Source: the human T2T-CHM13v2.0 reference genome, Homo sapiens. Taken from it: a stretch of 64,000 bases of DNA. The first letter of the stretch is position 1; each line of letters begins with the position of its first letter. The stretch lies in NCBI RefSeq assembly GCF_009914755.1, contig NC_060937.1. The stretch is one strand, 5' to 3'. Positions 14,751 to 29,134 of this stretch are shown one piece after another. The notes below the pieces were generated by a model. That model was not told the origin of the DNA and made no database searches. It worked only from the letters and a program-made list of their open reading frames with translations. The position numbers and the translations under genes were made by a program.

Positions 14751-16819
14751 GGGAAATGTTTTAAGAAAAAGGAAATGTTATTTTTTAAATCAGCAGTGGT
14801 TTTTTTTCCTCTATTTTGAGGCCCAAAGACCCTTGGATTCAATACCGTTTAAAGCAACTATAAATTTTTTAAATACTTAAAGCACATCTTCATATATAAT
14901 TTACCTAAGAAATCAAGAGTACATTTCTGGACATTTCAAAGCTATAATTTCAACTGTGATCCTGGAAACATAATAAAGCCTCAAGAGTAAAATGCATGAG
15001 TAAAATTTGTGTCTCCATCAAAACCCCTTGACACGCACAAATTTTATTTATGTGAAGTTTGGGCAGAGACCATCCCTTTTATGATTACTGAATCCTATAA
15101 TTTAACAAACTACCTCTTTTTCTCTTTCTGAAGCTTGGAACTTAATAGTTACAAATACAAGTGTGTAATACGGTAGAATTTTGTTAAATCTCTCATGCAA
15201 TTATACCTTATTGCTTATCATAGTTTAACATTAGTTTCATATTAGCAATTTAAACAATTTTTTATTACTCTGATTTTGGAGATGTCAGAAAAAGCTTCAT
15301 AAATATTCCTTTTTGTTAGGAAAGAGCATTCTTATAAAATGGAAACTCTGGGGTGGGCTAGCTGAATATGCCCTATAAAGAAAATATAGAAAATGTTAAA
15401 ATAATGAGCAGATCTTACCTTCCGATTGCCTTAGTTAATCTTTGGAAACCAGGGAGACAGTTTTCAGGAGGTTGGGTTAACACTTAAAAGCCACCTGGGT
15501 ACCATACAATCCAAGAAAGCAGCAATTCAGAAGAGCTAATGGTACTTTTGAAAAGTGCTTTACTTATTCCTTGGGGGAGTTGTTCAGACATAAGGAAAAT
15601 CTGGCTCAGATATTCGTGGTTTTATAGCTGCTGTAACCAAGAAAGTCAGAGTGAAATATAGGCATTATATAAGAAGCCTCTTTATGTGCCAATGTGCTGT
15701 ATTTAGTCCTAATTGCAGATAGGGAAACTGAGGTCCCTGAGAATCTATTTATACTTGCCCAAAGACATAACAAACCAGATAATAAAAACTAGACTTCACA
15801 CAAATACGATACATATTTTTTAAAAAAACTTCAAAGTTTGTCTGATTTTGTTCACATGTTCTGAATATTTGTTAATTCATTAACTCCAGATATTTGGACA
15901 GCTTGGCTTGATTTGAATAACACTTTGAAATTTAATGCACAGCCCCCTTCTCAGTGTTATAAAATTTTGGCTCCAGAGATGACTGTAGTTCTTGAAAGTC
16001 CCCCATCACATATATCTTCTCACAAAAGTGTAAGAAACATATCTTTTTCTTTAACTCCTGGCTCAGATTCAGGTTGTAAAGATACGTGGTTTTCCAAACA
16101 CCTGCGTGAATGTTAGCAAGATCCAAATCTGCTTGAGGGACCTGTATGTTTTTCTCTAACAACTCATGTTTTCTCCACCAAGCACTGATCCAAGATCTGC
16201 TTCAAATAGCGTATATTCTTTCCTAAAAGATCTTTTCTTCTCCTCTTCAGGAATGATTAGGAGAAGCACGTGCAGTAAGCCTGACTGCAAGGCTGTTAAT
16301 GCTGAAAAGAAAGGTATTGGCTAGCCCAGATTACTGGAGAGGAGAGAAAAGGCTAAGTGATTTTGAAACCATTTTTAAGAGTGGAGTGGTGTAACTTAAG
16401 CCGCACTGGAATGCTGAGGGATAGGGTTCTTCAGACTTTCTCATGAAGGAGATAAAGCACCAAAAGAACTGGAGTTGGAGCTCCAAACATTTGGCAAAGA
16501 CCCAAATCTTTTCAGTGGTAATGGTGTGATATTTAAATTGTTCAAGAATACTCTTGGGCATGCTTGATGATCCATGAACATGTAACATCAACTTGGATTT
16601 AACTCTTGTTAAACTGGGTCCTTCTAAAGATCATGAGAAACTAACTGTCCTTTTCTCAGGACTCGATGCTGTTAGTTGGCTAATCATCAGTAGGAACTGC
16701 ACTCTAAATTTCTTCTCCAGTAGTAGTGACAAATTTGTCACAAATGGTTTTCTCTCTCTTGTTTCTCCCACTTATCACCAATGGCTTGTGTTTGCAAAAG
16801 ACAGCTATGCACTTTGAAG

Positions 16820-16990
16820 TTAGACCTTACAAAATGTGTGACCTTCAACAAGGTGACTTAACTTCCCCAAGTTGCAGCTTCCTCCTCTGTAACCTAAGAG
16901 TAATCAGTGTGCACCTTAGAGATTTCTTCTCAATGTTATACAAGAAGATGCAGTGTAAAGGATTTAGCCCAGTTCTGGCATGCAGTAATT
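16820..16990 (+). mobile_element. MIR
   Basis: TGTGTGACCTT...GTGACTTAACTTC...GCTTCCTCCTCTGTAA core. Confidence 0.7.
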
Positions 16991-17004
16991 TAACACAAAT
17001 AACA

Positions 17005-17120
17005 GTAACTAATATTTATTAAGTGCTTATTATTTGCCAGGCAAAGTTCTAAACACCTTATACATATTAACTCACTTAATAATATTATTAACCCCATTTT
17101 TCAGATGTGAAAGTGGAGCT
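17005..17120 (-). mobile_element. MIR
   Basis: ATTTATTAAGTGCTTATTATTTGCCAGGC...CCCCATTTTTCAGATG. Confidence 0.7.
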
Positions 17121-17661
17121 ACCTACTTATTGAAAGTTTAAAAAATGAATAAATAATGCTACTTTCTTACTTTCCCAAGCTGGAATAGAATTGAGAGATA
17201 GACATTGGAATAAGCCAGATGAATCTCAAAATATTGCTTTTATTATTGATGAAGGCAATCAAAGGAAATACCTCAGATCTTTACCCTTGCTAATATTTTG
17301 TCCAAAAAGACAACATGTCCTCCCACTTACAGCTATCACTGAACAATTGCAGGTTTTCTCAGGAAGAGCAAGCAAATTATTACGTGCAGAGAGCCCAGAA
17401 AGCTCCTCTTTGCTGGAAGTCAGACCTGAAAACAGGAAAGAGATGACCGAACTGAGCATGCCCAGTTCTTTCTCCCAACTCCTCCGTCAGGTAATACTTT
17501 CTGCAGTCAGGACAAATAAATAAGGGATGGGGAGAGAACAAGACGTTAGGCTAACAAAAAAATCCCATGATCTAAAAAAATTGAAGCCAGGGTCTAAGAG
17601 GTTCTCCAAATGTCATCATCATCATTATCTGTATTAAGATTCCATTTCTTTATATCCAAAT

Positions 17662-17910
17662 ATTTAGGATGAACAAGTCTACAGAAACAATGTACAACAT
17701 GAGAACTAAAGTTAACAAAATTGTATTGTATTAGACATTTTGGTTAAATCAGTAGATTTTTGCTGCTCCTGTCACACACACACAAAGTAACCATGTGAGA
17801 TGATAGCTTTGTTAATTTGCTTCACTTTAGTAACAGTTTACTATTTATATGTATTAATATCCCATAGCATTGTTGTGAACCTCAAATACACACAATACTA
17901 TCTATTTTTT
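17662..17910 (+). mobile_element. HAL1/L1MA-type LINE 3' end
   Basis: GGATGAACAAGTCTA...AATGTACAACATGAG...GTAACCATGTGAGATGAT...TTAATTTGCTTCACT pattern. Confidence 0.75.
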
Positions 17911-17959
17911 TTAAGTTTCATTTCAAAAAAATAAATATTGGAACCTTCAGATTTTAGAA

Positions 17960-18990
17960 ATTTCCATTTCTATCAGTATTGGGAAATTGTGTGTTTCTAA
18001 AAATTTGTCTGTTTCATATAAATTTTCACATTAATTAATAATTAGCATAAATATGTTTATATATCACCTTACTATCTTTTCAATGTTTGTAATTTCTGTG
18101 GCAAAGTTCCTTCATTCAGCCCTTGATAAGAATAATTTGCACCATGTCTTACTTCTTCTTAATCAGTTGTGCTAGGAATTTATATATTTTCTTCGTCTTA
18201 AAAAATTTAATATATTGGCTTTGTTGAATCTGTTGCACATTTGCTTTCTAGTTCATTGATTTTTGTTCTTATCTTTATTATTTCCTTCCTTCCATTTTAT
18301 TTGGTTTTATTATATCTAACTCTCTGAGATAGATACTCAGATCACTAATTTTGATATTTCTTTTTCAACTACATATATTTGAAAGTCTAAGAATGACTTC
18401 AACTGCATACAAGTTTTGATATATATAATTCTCATTATGGTTCAGTTTAAAATATGTTCTAATTTTCATTTTCTAGTTCCACTTTTTTCATTTGCTTTAT
18501 TTTGTATATTTCTACCCACATTTTAGTGTAGTCAGAGAACATGAAACCTCTGAATAACTTCAATCATTTGAATTTTTACAAGAAAGCTCTATAGCTCAGT
18601 ATGTTGTCTACATTTTGGTAAATATTTCTTCAGATATTGGGTCAATTTGTTACTTAGTATGTGCAAATCTTCTATACTTTATTAACTTTTTGTCCGCTGG
18701 TTGACATTTGGTTCTCTGATTGTGGCTTTATCTACTTTCCCTTTTAATTCAGTGATTTTTTTCCTTATATATTTTGAGGCTATGTTTTTAGAAACATAAA
18801 TCTAGAATTGTTATATATTCTTGGTGAGTTGCCCATTTTATCATGATAAAGTGTTTTTCTTCATGTCTAGTAATGCTTTTTCCCTCAAAATCTACTGTGT
18901 TTGATATAAGAATAACCATACCAACTTTCTTTTGATAAGCATTTGTATGATCTCAACTTTTGTGTCTGTATATTTAAGCTGTATATTATG
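17960..18990 (-). mobile_element. Highly decayed old L1M internal fragment
   Basis: T-rich strand with L1M antisense motifs (ATCTTTATTATTTCCTTCCTTC, TATATATTTTGAGGCTATG, ACCAACTTTCTTTTGAT). Confidence 0.65.
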
Positions 18991-19734
18991 TTCCAGATCT
19001 AGATATACATAGGAATATTGACACAGGTATGATACAAAGAAAAAGATAGATCTATATCTACTATGCTATCTACATCTAAATTTATGTCATTATTACTTTA
19101 AAAGTATATTTTACTTTCTAACTACAAATATCTATCTAGTATTTAACAAACTGGCATCATACTATACACGGTATTCTGTAACCTCCTCTTTCCTGCTTAA
19201 TATATATTATAGAAGTCTCTGTCGATTTCTGTGTTATTTGTCAACATTTTATTATGACAAATTTCAACCACATAGCAAAGTTAAAAGAATTTTATAATAC
19301 TTGTGTATCTATCACTTAGATTCCACCAATAGGTTACTAAACTTGCTTTATCATGTATCTATACATCTATTAATCCACATCTATCTCAGTTTAGGTACTG
19401 TGATATTGTGAAATATATATTTGGGCTATATTGATGATATCTATACCTAGAAAAGAGTATGCATGCTATAAAAACCTTTCTCTCTTGGTAGGATTGGATC
19501 ATGGGATTAAGAGGTGCAGAAATTTTACCTTTTATTTTGTACACATCTATATCATTTATCATTTAGATGTTATAAAGTAAGCAAGAATTGATTTTGAAAG
19601 AAAAAAATACATCTATTTTTTAAAATACAAATTCTCAGACCTGATCCTTAGACATTCTGTGTCAGTAGGTCTGAGGACCAGCCTCTTTCTCAACCAGCAT
19701 GCAGAGCGTCTCTCTACGTATGTCCTGCAGGCAT

Positions 19735-19950
19735 TTCTTGAACATGCAATAAGTGCCAGACACTGAAATTAAGCTTTTCCTTGCACTATTGCATTGACCA
19801 CTCACAACCACCATGCAAATTAGGTACTATTGTTAACCCCATGTGAGAAACAAGAAAACTAGAGGCACAGAGAAATTAGGTAAATCCCCCAAGATCACAT
19901 GGTGGCGAACAGCAGAATAGGTGTAGAGCCTAGGGTCTGATTTTAGTCCA
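19735..19950 (-). mobile_element. MIR
   Basis: GTGCCAGACACTG...TAGGTACTATTGTTAACCCCAT...GAGGCACAGAGAAATTAGGTAA...CCCAAGATCACA. Confidence 0.7.
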
Positions 19951-19958
19951 TGCACCTC

Positions 19959-20790
19959 TGTGAAGAAAAAAGTTTGTTTTTTTCCTCTATTCTCACACCA
20001 CAAGCATCAACACATTAGACTTCTGTTACCTCTGGCCACCAAGAAGTGTGTGGGATTTCTTCTCACCAACAACCAACCAGTCAATTCTGTGGCAGACACC
20101 AGATCGGACGTAATCTACCTGGAGATAGCGTCAGTTCCCACAGGTTGAGGGCTCAGTCCCACATGACTGCTCCCGACTTGCAATGCCAATGGCAAGCCCC
20201 AGGTTGTTTTGTGCTTCTGACCTACTGACTATAAGTTGGGATTCCCACAAATACCTGTTTGGGTTCCATTAATTTGCCACAGTGACTCACAGAACTCAGG
20301 GGAAAATGATTACCAGTTTACTTAAAAGGATATCACAAAGGATACAGATGAAAAGGGCAAGGTACAGAGGAAGGGGTATAGAGCTTCCATGCCTCTCTCT
20401 ATGTATTCCATGCCTTCCCCAGGTGTGCCACCCTGGAGGAACCTCCACGTATTCCTTTATCTGAAAGCTCTCCAAACCCTGTTCATTTTGGATTATTTTT
20501 GTAGAAGTTCTATTGCATAGGCATGATTGATTAAACCATTGGCCACTGATGATCAACTTAGCCTTCAGTCCTTCACCCCTCCCTTGAGAATGGGGATGGC
20601 TGAAAGTCCCAACCCTCTAATCTTGCTTGATCTTTCTGATGACCAGCCCCATCCTGAAGCTACCTAGGGGATGCCAGCCACCAGTCGACTCACTATCATA
20701 CCAAAGACATCACCTGGGAGATTTTAAGAATTTTAGGACTTGTATACCAGGACAGGGTGTAAGACCAAATACATATTTCACAATATCACA
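19959..20790 (-). mobile_element. MER21-family solo LTR
   Basis: TG...CA termini; CTACCTGGAGATAGCGTCAG, GAGGGCTCAGTCCCACA and terminal CCAAATACATATTTCACAATATCACA; GCACCT on both flanks. Confidence 0.88.
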
Positions 20791-20894
20791 GCACCTAAAC
20801 TGAGAAAAACTCACAATTTTCTCATTTTTAAATGAGTGAATTCAAAGAAGAAAGTGTCTACATGTGCCAGAGAAGGGAGGTGGCAGCCACTGTC

Positions 20895-21135
20895 TATACA
20901 AAACTGAACAAGACACCTTCTCTCACTGGAGGAAGTTTGCAGTCTATTGAGAAACCTAGAGCATTTTGATACCGTCTGATAAGATCTCTGGTAGGAATAA
21001 TCGCAGGGCATTCAGGGAGCATATGGCAGGGGCACCTGACCCATTTGGGGGGGTGGGGGTGGGGTTGACAGGAAAAGAGTTCCTGAAAGAACAATATAAA
21101 GGTGAGACCCGGAGATGAGCAGGAGCCAAGTTAAC
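20895..21135 (-). mobile_element. L2 fragment
   Basis: Degenerate L2-like text (GGGAGCATATGGCAGGGGCACCTGACCCA, TTCCTGAAAGA, GAGCCAAGTTAACCAG). Confidence 0.45.
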
Positions 21136-21299
21136 CAGAGCATCCTGCTGCATGCCTCAGGACATGACATCAGACAAGACAGGAAATCCAGACCAAGGGG
21201 AATCGCGAGAAGAAAGGCATCCTAGCAGAGGGGGCTCCACATACAACACTCCAGGGTCAAGCGAGATCATGGCACATTTCAGTTTTGTGTCACAGCAAG

Positions 21300-22089
<790 letters not shown>

Positions 22090-22459
22090 CAATAAGTACC
22101 TTTGTAACTGAATTGATTTAAAAACGACTTTTGTCTATTATTGATTAGATATTTCCAATTTCATGTTTTTCCTTCAACTGATAGTTATACTTGTCAGTTT
22201 GTACAGCCCACTTTTCAGTTCAAGAAATCTGGCTTTTATAATTTCATTATAAATAAATATCCATTTAAAAATTAAGTGGGGTCCAGGTAAAATTTTGGGC
22301 TTAACTAGAGTGCTATAAGAAGAGATGTGGAGAGTGATAATTCAGTGTAGAATCCACCTTCAGATTTCATTCCTGGGCACTGGTCCAGGAAATCAAAGAT
22401 CCCCACTGAGTGCCCCTCTTTAGATTAAGAGATTATTTATAGCCAACCTATGAAGCAGT

Positions 22460-22588
22460 CTCACAGAGCAGAGCCCGGGAATCTGCATTTATGACAATCT
22501 CCAACCCTTGCCCCCAAACATACCCTCCCTCCTTTCCTGCTCCCTCCCAGGTGATTCTTATGCACAGTGAAGTTCCAGCGCCACTGCT
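22460..22588. mobile_element. MER5-type hAT-Charlie relic
   Basis: GCCCGGGAATCTGCATTTT...CCCAGGTGATTCTTATGCACA...CCACTG. Confidence 0.65.
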
Positions 22589-23289
22589 AATAACCTTCCC
22601 TGGCAATATAATCAGTCACGTTTACCCAGTTCAATTGCACTTTCCTGGGAGGTATAACTGAAAGCACATTGTATTGAGCAGCATTAGAGATGCAGTTAAT
22701 GGTACGTCAGTGAAATCAAGTAAGTAATAAATATATTAAAGTGCCAGTAGTATCTTTGACATGAGAATGATTACAAAGAGTTTGAATTTCTAGTAGTTCC
22801 AATCTAAAACATTGTCGTCATGAGCCAGAGATTTTGAAGAACGATTTCATATTAATTATGCAGTTCTAGGTGGATATATTTGTAGATAGTACTCTTTTTT
22901 AAGTCATGATCTTGATTTCCTAACATATCCTTTTGCATGAATATTAAATTTGTCAGTCAGTAATCACCAGAAGTAATATAACACTAGTTGTGAACATCTG
23001 CCTTGACAAGGAAGATGGCAAATGTCACCATATGTTACACATGGTTATTATTATTCCAAGGCCTTATTATTGCGAACTTGTGTACCATGGGTTAAATCAT
23101 ATTCACAAAATTGAAAACCAGACTGCAGAAAAGTACAAACATTTAAAACAGATATACAACACAGCTTTCTTTCATAGGCAGAGAGAGAAAGAGCAGGAAA
23201 TATTTAAATATATACCATTTGGAATGTATTTAATAATACTAGTTTATGGCTAAAAATCATATGATTGAAGTTTGATGAATATAATAATA

Positions 23290-23510
23290 ATAACTGTAGC
23301 ACCATTCATTACCTCTTATGTGCCCCAATTGTACTGGAACTTTCTATACTTAATCTCTAGTCCTTATAATAAGCCTTGAAAGAAAGTATCATTTCAACCT
23401 TTACAGTTGAAAAAATCATGTGTAGGCAATTGTGTAAGGTCACGCAATTAGTTAATGACAACATTAGTTTCTGAATCCAAGACTGTCTGACCTCAAAATT
23501 CATTCTCTTT
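23290..23510 (-). mobile_element. MIR
   Basis: TTTTACAGTTGA...AAGGTCACGCAATTAGTTAATG...GAATCCAAGACTGTCTGAC. Confidence 0.55.
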
Positions 23511-23519
23511 CTCCTTTAG

Positions 23520-23625
23520 ACCATAAACTGCATAAGGGCAGAGCCTTTGCCTGTTTTTATTTTCTGCTGCATTCCCGGAGACTTGAACAGAATGTAGTAA
23601 ATAGTAAGTGCTCAATAAATGAAAG
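23520..23625 (+). mobile_element. L2 3' terminus
   Basis: AAGGGCAGAG...ATAGTAAGTGCTCAATAAATG. Confidence 0.6.
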
Positions 23626-24019
23626 AACAATAGCTTGCTGTCCAAATGAAGAATTTTATCCTTGTGCGTTTCTCTACCCTTAATATCCTTTCTCTAAATC
23701 CTTAATTCCAGTTTATGATAGATAGTACCCTAAACCAAACAAAAATTATATTAATAATGATGATAGGGGAAAAAAATAATAATTAAAATGTTTAATTAAT
23801 TCAAAGAAGGGCAAGAAAGGAGTAAAAAAGGAAAAATAGGATGGATGGGACAAACAGAAAATAAACAGTAAGATGGAAAATTTAAACCCAATATATCAGC
23901 AGCTAAATTTAGTAATAAGTAAACAGATTGCTCCAATTAAAAGATAAAGAATATTAGACAAAATTTAAAATTATTTCCATTTTGTTTACTTAATTTTTGA
24001 AATTCTTCCCTTTTATATC

Positions 24020-24140
24020 TTTTATAAAGGTGAAAATGGGTTCTCAGAAAGTTAAGAGACTTGCCAAAATTACACAGGTAATGAGTGGCAGAGTCAGGAT
24101 TTGAGCCCAGCTGTCCATCCCAAGTGCTCCCTTGTGGCCA
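24020..24140 (-). mobile_element. MIR core
   Basis: TCAGAAAGTTAAGAGACTTGCCAAAATTACACAGGTAATGAGTGGCAGAGTCAGGATTTGAGCCCAG. Confidence 0.75.
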
Positions 24141-24624
24141 TTTAACCTGGACTCAGCCAAGACCAGGAACCATTGAGCTTGGCAAGAGCTGTGTCAAGGC
24201 CATCCTTAGGGTCAAAGCCAAACGGCAGCTGGGAGTGGTGAAGGGTAAAGTATAGTCCCACCACAATAAGGAATAAATGGTCTTTGGGAATGAATAGGAT
24301 TTCTGGAAAGTGTTAAGGAAGAAACTGACGTTGGAAACTGCAGACTCATGATAGAACCAATACATGAAAAATGTGTGTTTTTTTCTCTAGCATTACCTGG
24401 CAGTCCTGGTTAAGAGTGGAGAAAATGGATAGTTGACTGATTCTGGGCTTGTGTTATGCTGGAAAGTAGCAGAAGACAAGATGGACAAGGAAGATTAGGG
24501 TATGAGGGAGAGGTTAACAAGGGTTAACAAAATTTGATTTTGGATAGTGTAGGCTGGATAGGGAGGCTGCAAAGAGAGTGAGTGCAGTAGTGAAAGGACC
24601 AGATGCCTGAATGAGGCTGAAGAG

Positions 24625-24672
24625 CAGAGAGGAAGGGAGAGGGAGGGAGGAGAGAGAGAGAGAGAGAGAGAC
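24625..24672. repeat. GA-rich / (GA)n microsatellite
   Basis: Directly visible. Confidence 0.85.
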
Positions 24673-26329
24673 CTAGAAGGATACGAGCCTGCGGTCATGG
24701 AGAGTAGAATGGGTGTCCAGACCATATCTTGTTAAGGCATCCTAGAAATAAATTAGAAACAAAGGTAGAATCAGTTAGTAGATTTAATTTTGATAGTTAA
24801 ATTTTGGGCAGAAAGATACAAGCCTCAGGCTGCAACTCACTTCTCATTCTTACATGAACTACCATTTTCATGAGATTCTCAAAAACTCCGATCAAAGACC
24901 ATTAAAAAATTCTAAATTCCTCCAGGTAACAGATTGCTTTCTCTGAATCACTCATTTTTTTTTCCCAAAATGGGGAGGAAGAAAATAGTTAAAATTAGCC
25001 ACCTTTTTATAATACATTTGCTGAAACCAATTAGTAATTATTTTTTAACATAAGCAGTTGGTGTAAGAGTGATGATAATATATTTACAATTTAAACTTAG
25101 TATCATTAATGAGATTGTCATTTCTATATGGAAGCCAGACTGTCAGAAGCTGTCCCCTTTATGACAGAGAGTTGCTGTTTTAGCTCTGGGAGGGGAATGG
25201 TACCAGTTAAAGAACTCTTAAAAAATGACCCTGCAATAACAATGTATGGCATAATATATGTTGGAAGAGCAGAAATGCGTACAGTTTTCCAAGACTTTCC
25301 ATACAAAAGATTAGCAATTTTTATCCAATTAACAGCAATTAACTGTTTAATATTAACAGTTAAAGCGTATCTTAAATACCTATCAACATAAGAGTGTGGC
25401 TTTTTTACAATGAAGTATTGCCATGGGTGGAAACTCCCAGATTCTTGACAATACATGTATCTTTTTGTACTATTCTTAAATAGTCTAATATTAGCCTTTT
25501 CTCTTCTAAATTCCCATATTTGGATACAGAGTGAAACTTTCTTTTCACTTCTCATTTAATCAGCTTTGGCACCAACCCCCACCCCTTCTGTCAGCTTGAT
25601 ATTCAGCTTGAGTCTGACCTAATTCTGCTCAGGCAACAAACTCACTCACTTTTGGGTCAAAAATAGGAGTAAGGAGAAAGAAGTGGGAGAGGAGAGATAT
25701 CAAGTCTTTCTTGTGTTAAGCTGCATTTGGGCATCAGCCTGATACATTTGGGTACTTTTTAAAATGCCATGCACAGTTCAAAGAGCTGCCTTAGTTCACA
25801 TCAACCTGTGATTGAGTTTAACGCAACCCCACTCGTCCTCTCCAGGCCCAGCTACACAGAGGCAGAGTGGGGTGGAACAGGGTGTAGCGCCTGGAGTTGG
25901 TGCTTCCCAACCCTTGTGTGTATGTTCCCAATGCCCTTCCAGGCTCTGGAATGACTGCTGCTGTTGTGAGTAGAGAGGGCAGACCTTCAGCCTTGGCAGC
26001 CATTGTAGACATTGATTTCTGCTGCCTGGTCATCTCCTGTGTATCACGTGGTGGCAAAGCTCTTGCATGTTTCAGTAAACAGAGGACCGTCCTTGGGTTT
26101 CAGCTTCACTTGACACCATGCCTTTTCTCTCTGCTCACTGATGTGAGGTCTTCCAACTGACTACCATCACCACAGCAGCATGGATCTTGAGGAGTTGAAA
26201 TCTCCATAATATAACTCAAATTGGGGAAAATATAGTTGAGCAATTCTTTCTATTTTGTCATTTTGAAATTTTGTTCTAGAACTTCATTCCCAATAATGGC
26301 CTCCAGAGCATAACTTGGCTTTGCTAGAG

Positions 26330-26600
26330 ACTGTGAGTTGCCTACCTAAAGTCAATTCTCTTCTTTTTTTTCTTGCCAAAATACTGTAATTTTTTTCCCA
26401 GTTGCAGAACATCCAGCCAGAGTTTATGCTTCCCAGTCTCCCTTGCGGCTGGTTATGGACCTGTAACTAAACTCTGGAATGGGAGCTACAAGTTGAAGTA
26501 TTGTGTGGAGCTTGCAGAGTAAGCTTTACATAAGATAATGATGTGGAGTGTACACTTTGACCCTTCCTCGCCCTTACTCAGTTTGCTGCCTAAAACGTTG
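26330..26600 (+). mobile_element. Old ERVL-type LTR relic (LTR33/LTR16-like)
   Basis: TTCCCAGTCTCCCTTGC...TGTAACTAAACTCTGG pattern. Confidence 0.5.
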
Positions 26601-27692
26601 GCACTCTCTTATCACTTGCTAGCCATGTTACTTGGTTCTTATACATTATTTTGTATTGTTTTTGCACCTATGTCTTGTTTCTTCAGTGAAAATACATTAA
26701 AAGCAAATTAAAGTCAGGGACTGTTTTTTTAAGCAACGTCACACACATGTACACACTTTGGGAGTACAGGTGGGGTTATGAAAGTAATAGACAAAGCAAC
26801 CTCTGACACGAAGAAGAATGTAATAAGGATAGGACTCACCTGGTGAGAATGATAACAGAACATATACAAGGAATAAATACAGATACAAAGTAATACATAT
26901 AGATATATTTTAATCTGTTTATAAAGTAGATATCTTTAACTGAATTGTACATGATCACTTTCCTTCCCTTTACACTAATATAGTTTCAGTACAGACGTTC
27001 ATGCGTTCAGAACTGAAACTCTTAGAAAAGATGAGATAGAGAAAGGCCACTCACCCTTCACAGCTATAAAGAATCACTAATGCCTGGCTCCTACCATGAA
27101 CTTAGAGAGGGCCCCTCATTAACCACGAACCAACAGAATCATAACCATAGAGAAGATTGTCCCCTCTCTTTTATGCATCATAAGTCCATCTCCTGCATTA
27201 CAAGAACACTGGGCAAGCTGTTGAGATGACTTCTTAAGACATAAAGGAAATAATTTAAAGATTCATTACATGCAAATCCTTTTTTCACTTCGGCTTCTTA
27301 AAGCAGACATGTGCATAACTACCTTTGTAATGTTTCTATCATATACAGGAACCAAAGAAAGTGTCTACAATATCATAAGTATACTGGAAAAGTTCAATTT
27401 ACCATAAAAATGCTAACACTGGTAGTAGTAGTTAATACAGTAATACTTCCATGGACCTGGATTCTAATAGAAAACATTTCAAAATTATAGCAGCATAAAA
27501 AGAATGGCATTAATAATAAGTAGAATTTATCTCACACATAATAATACAATCACAAGTCTCCTCAATTGTTTGACACTTGAAATAAGCCAAGGTCCGACTT
27601 AAATTGTGTGGCATGGTAGTGATCATTGGAAATGGGGGAGTGGTTTAGACAGTGGAACCCTCCAAAACCATCTCTTGAAGCTCATTCACTAT

Positions 27693-28100
27693 ATTTGGTA
27701 GCAAAGAAACCAGCTACCTACCAAAGATTCAGGCTTCCCTTCTACAGAGTTGTGACCAGGAAGCAGCTGCCCTGCTATCAAAGTGGGTTCACACAGCCTC
27801 AGACCTGGGCATAGGAACATGGATGGGAGTGATGTGTGTCACTTTGACCTGGCCCATGAAAACCTTCCTGTCATCTTCCAAGCTCTCTTTCAATCCCCAT
27901 CACTGGCTGGAATGAAGGATCTGAGGCACTGGGGATGGTGGAACCACAATATAGAAAGAGCCTGGATCTCTGAAACACTGTGTGGAAGGCTGTTTGCCAA
28001 GGACTCACCTTACGTTGTTCTTTAATCAAAAACTAAACTTTGTTCTAAGCCAATGAAATTGGGGATTTAGCCATCACTGGAGTTAGCTCAGGGTTAATTA
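27693..28100 (+). mobile_element. LTR16-like ERVL LTR relic
   Basis: GGGAGTGATGTGTGTCACTT, GGAACCACAATATAGAAAGAGCCTGGATCTCTGAA and TAAGCCAATGAAATTGGGG motifs. Confidence 0.6.
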
Positions 28101-29134
28101 GAATGGCAGGCTGTGGTGTGCCAGGAACACTTTCCCCTTTCCCACTTCCAGGGCTAAGATTTCCCTACACTAATAGTAATTAACAAGAAGGTTCTTTTCC
28201 TGACTTCTCCACTTCTTTGCTCTTCATACTTTCCCTTTGGCATTTTCCCAATAATGTCTCTTTTGAAACACCTGTCAATCCATCTGAGATCAAGTCTTGG
28301 TTTTCTTCTTACAGAGGCTACTACTGCTACCAGCTGAGCTCAGGAGTGAGGGAAATGAGAGGAGGGTGGTGGGAAGGGAAGAGATGATGGGACTTGTGTC
28401 CCCTTGGGGGCTTCCACATTCTTCCTCTTTTCCATTCCAGGACTACCTGAGTCATACCAAGTCCTGGCTTTTAGTGCTCTACTGAGATCAGGAGGGAGGC
28501 AAAGTTGCAAAAGTGGCCTCTGGACTTCTGGAAAGGACAGAGCCAGTGACTTGCAGCATAAAGGGTTTTGGGACCACACAGAAAACCAAATCCTATTGTG
28601 CTTGTGAAAAGGTGGTGATTGACAAAGGGCCTCAAGAGGTCTCACCTGTAATTCTCTCTCTTTTCATTCCCTTTATGTTCCCTAGGGTTGTGCCAATGAA
28701 TAATTGCCATTGCCATTCTTCCAAGGAGAATCAATTACTGTATCAATGGTAGCTGGCTGTTGCCTGCAAAATCTCTGGAATTTAGGTCATGGCAGTATTC
28801 TAGTTCTATTTCATTAAGAGGAAACTTGCTTGAGAAACATCACCAATATGAACATCTTATTGCCTTTTTTGTTGTATTCTTGGATATGTACAAATTCAGG
28901 ATTCAGAATGGGGTAAGTCCATTTCCAAGTGTTTGTGTGAGCACACATGCAAATGCATGGGTGGGTTCCTATTCCCTTCAACATCAAGTGGTCTAGACTG
29001 GCACCTGAAAACTGCATCCTGGGGACTGAAACCTAGTTGATTATGGATCTCTAGAAGTATTTGAAGAGTCAGAAGTCCTTATTATTGTCATTTCTATGTC
29101 ACAACTAGAGCAACATGGACTCAGCGTGAACCCT

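Noticed and set aside
25124-25555. 143-aa minus-strand ORF over the candidate enhancer
   Set aside because: No recognisable homology, promoter or splice context; better explained as a chance ORF
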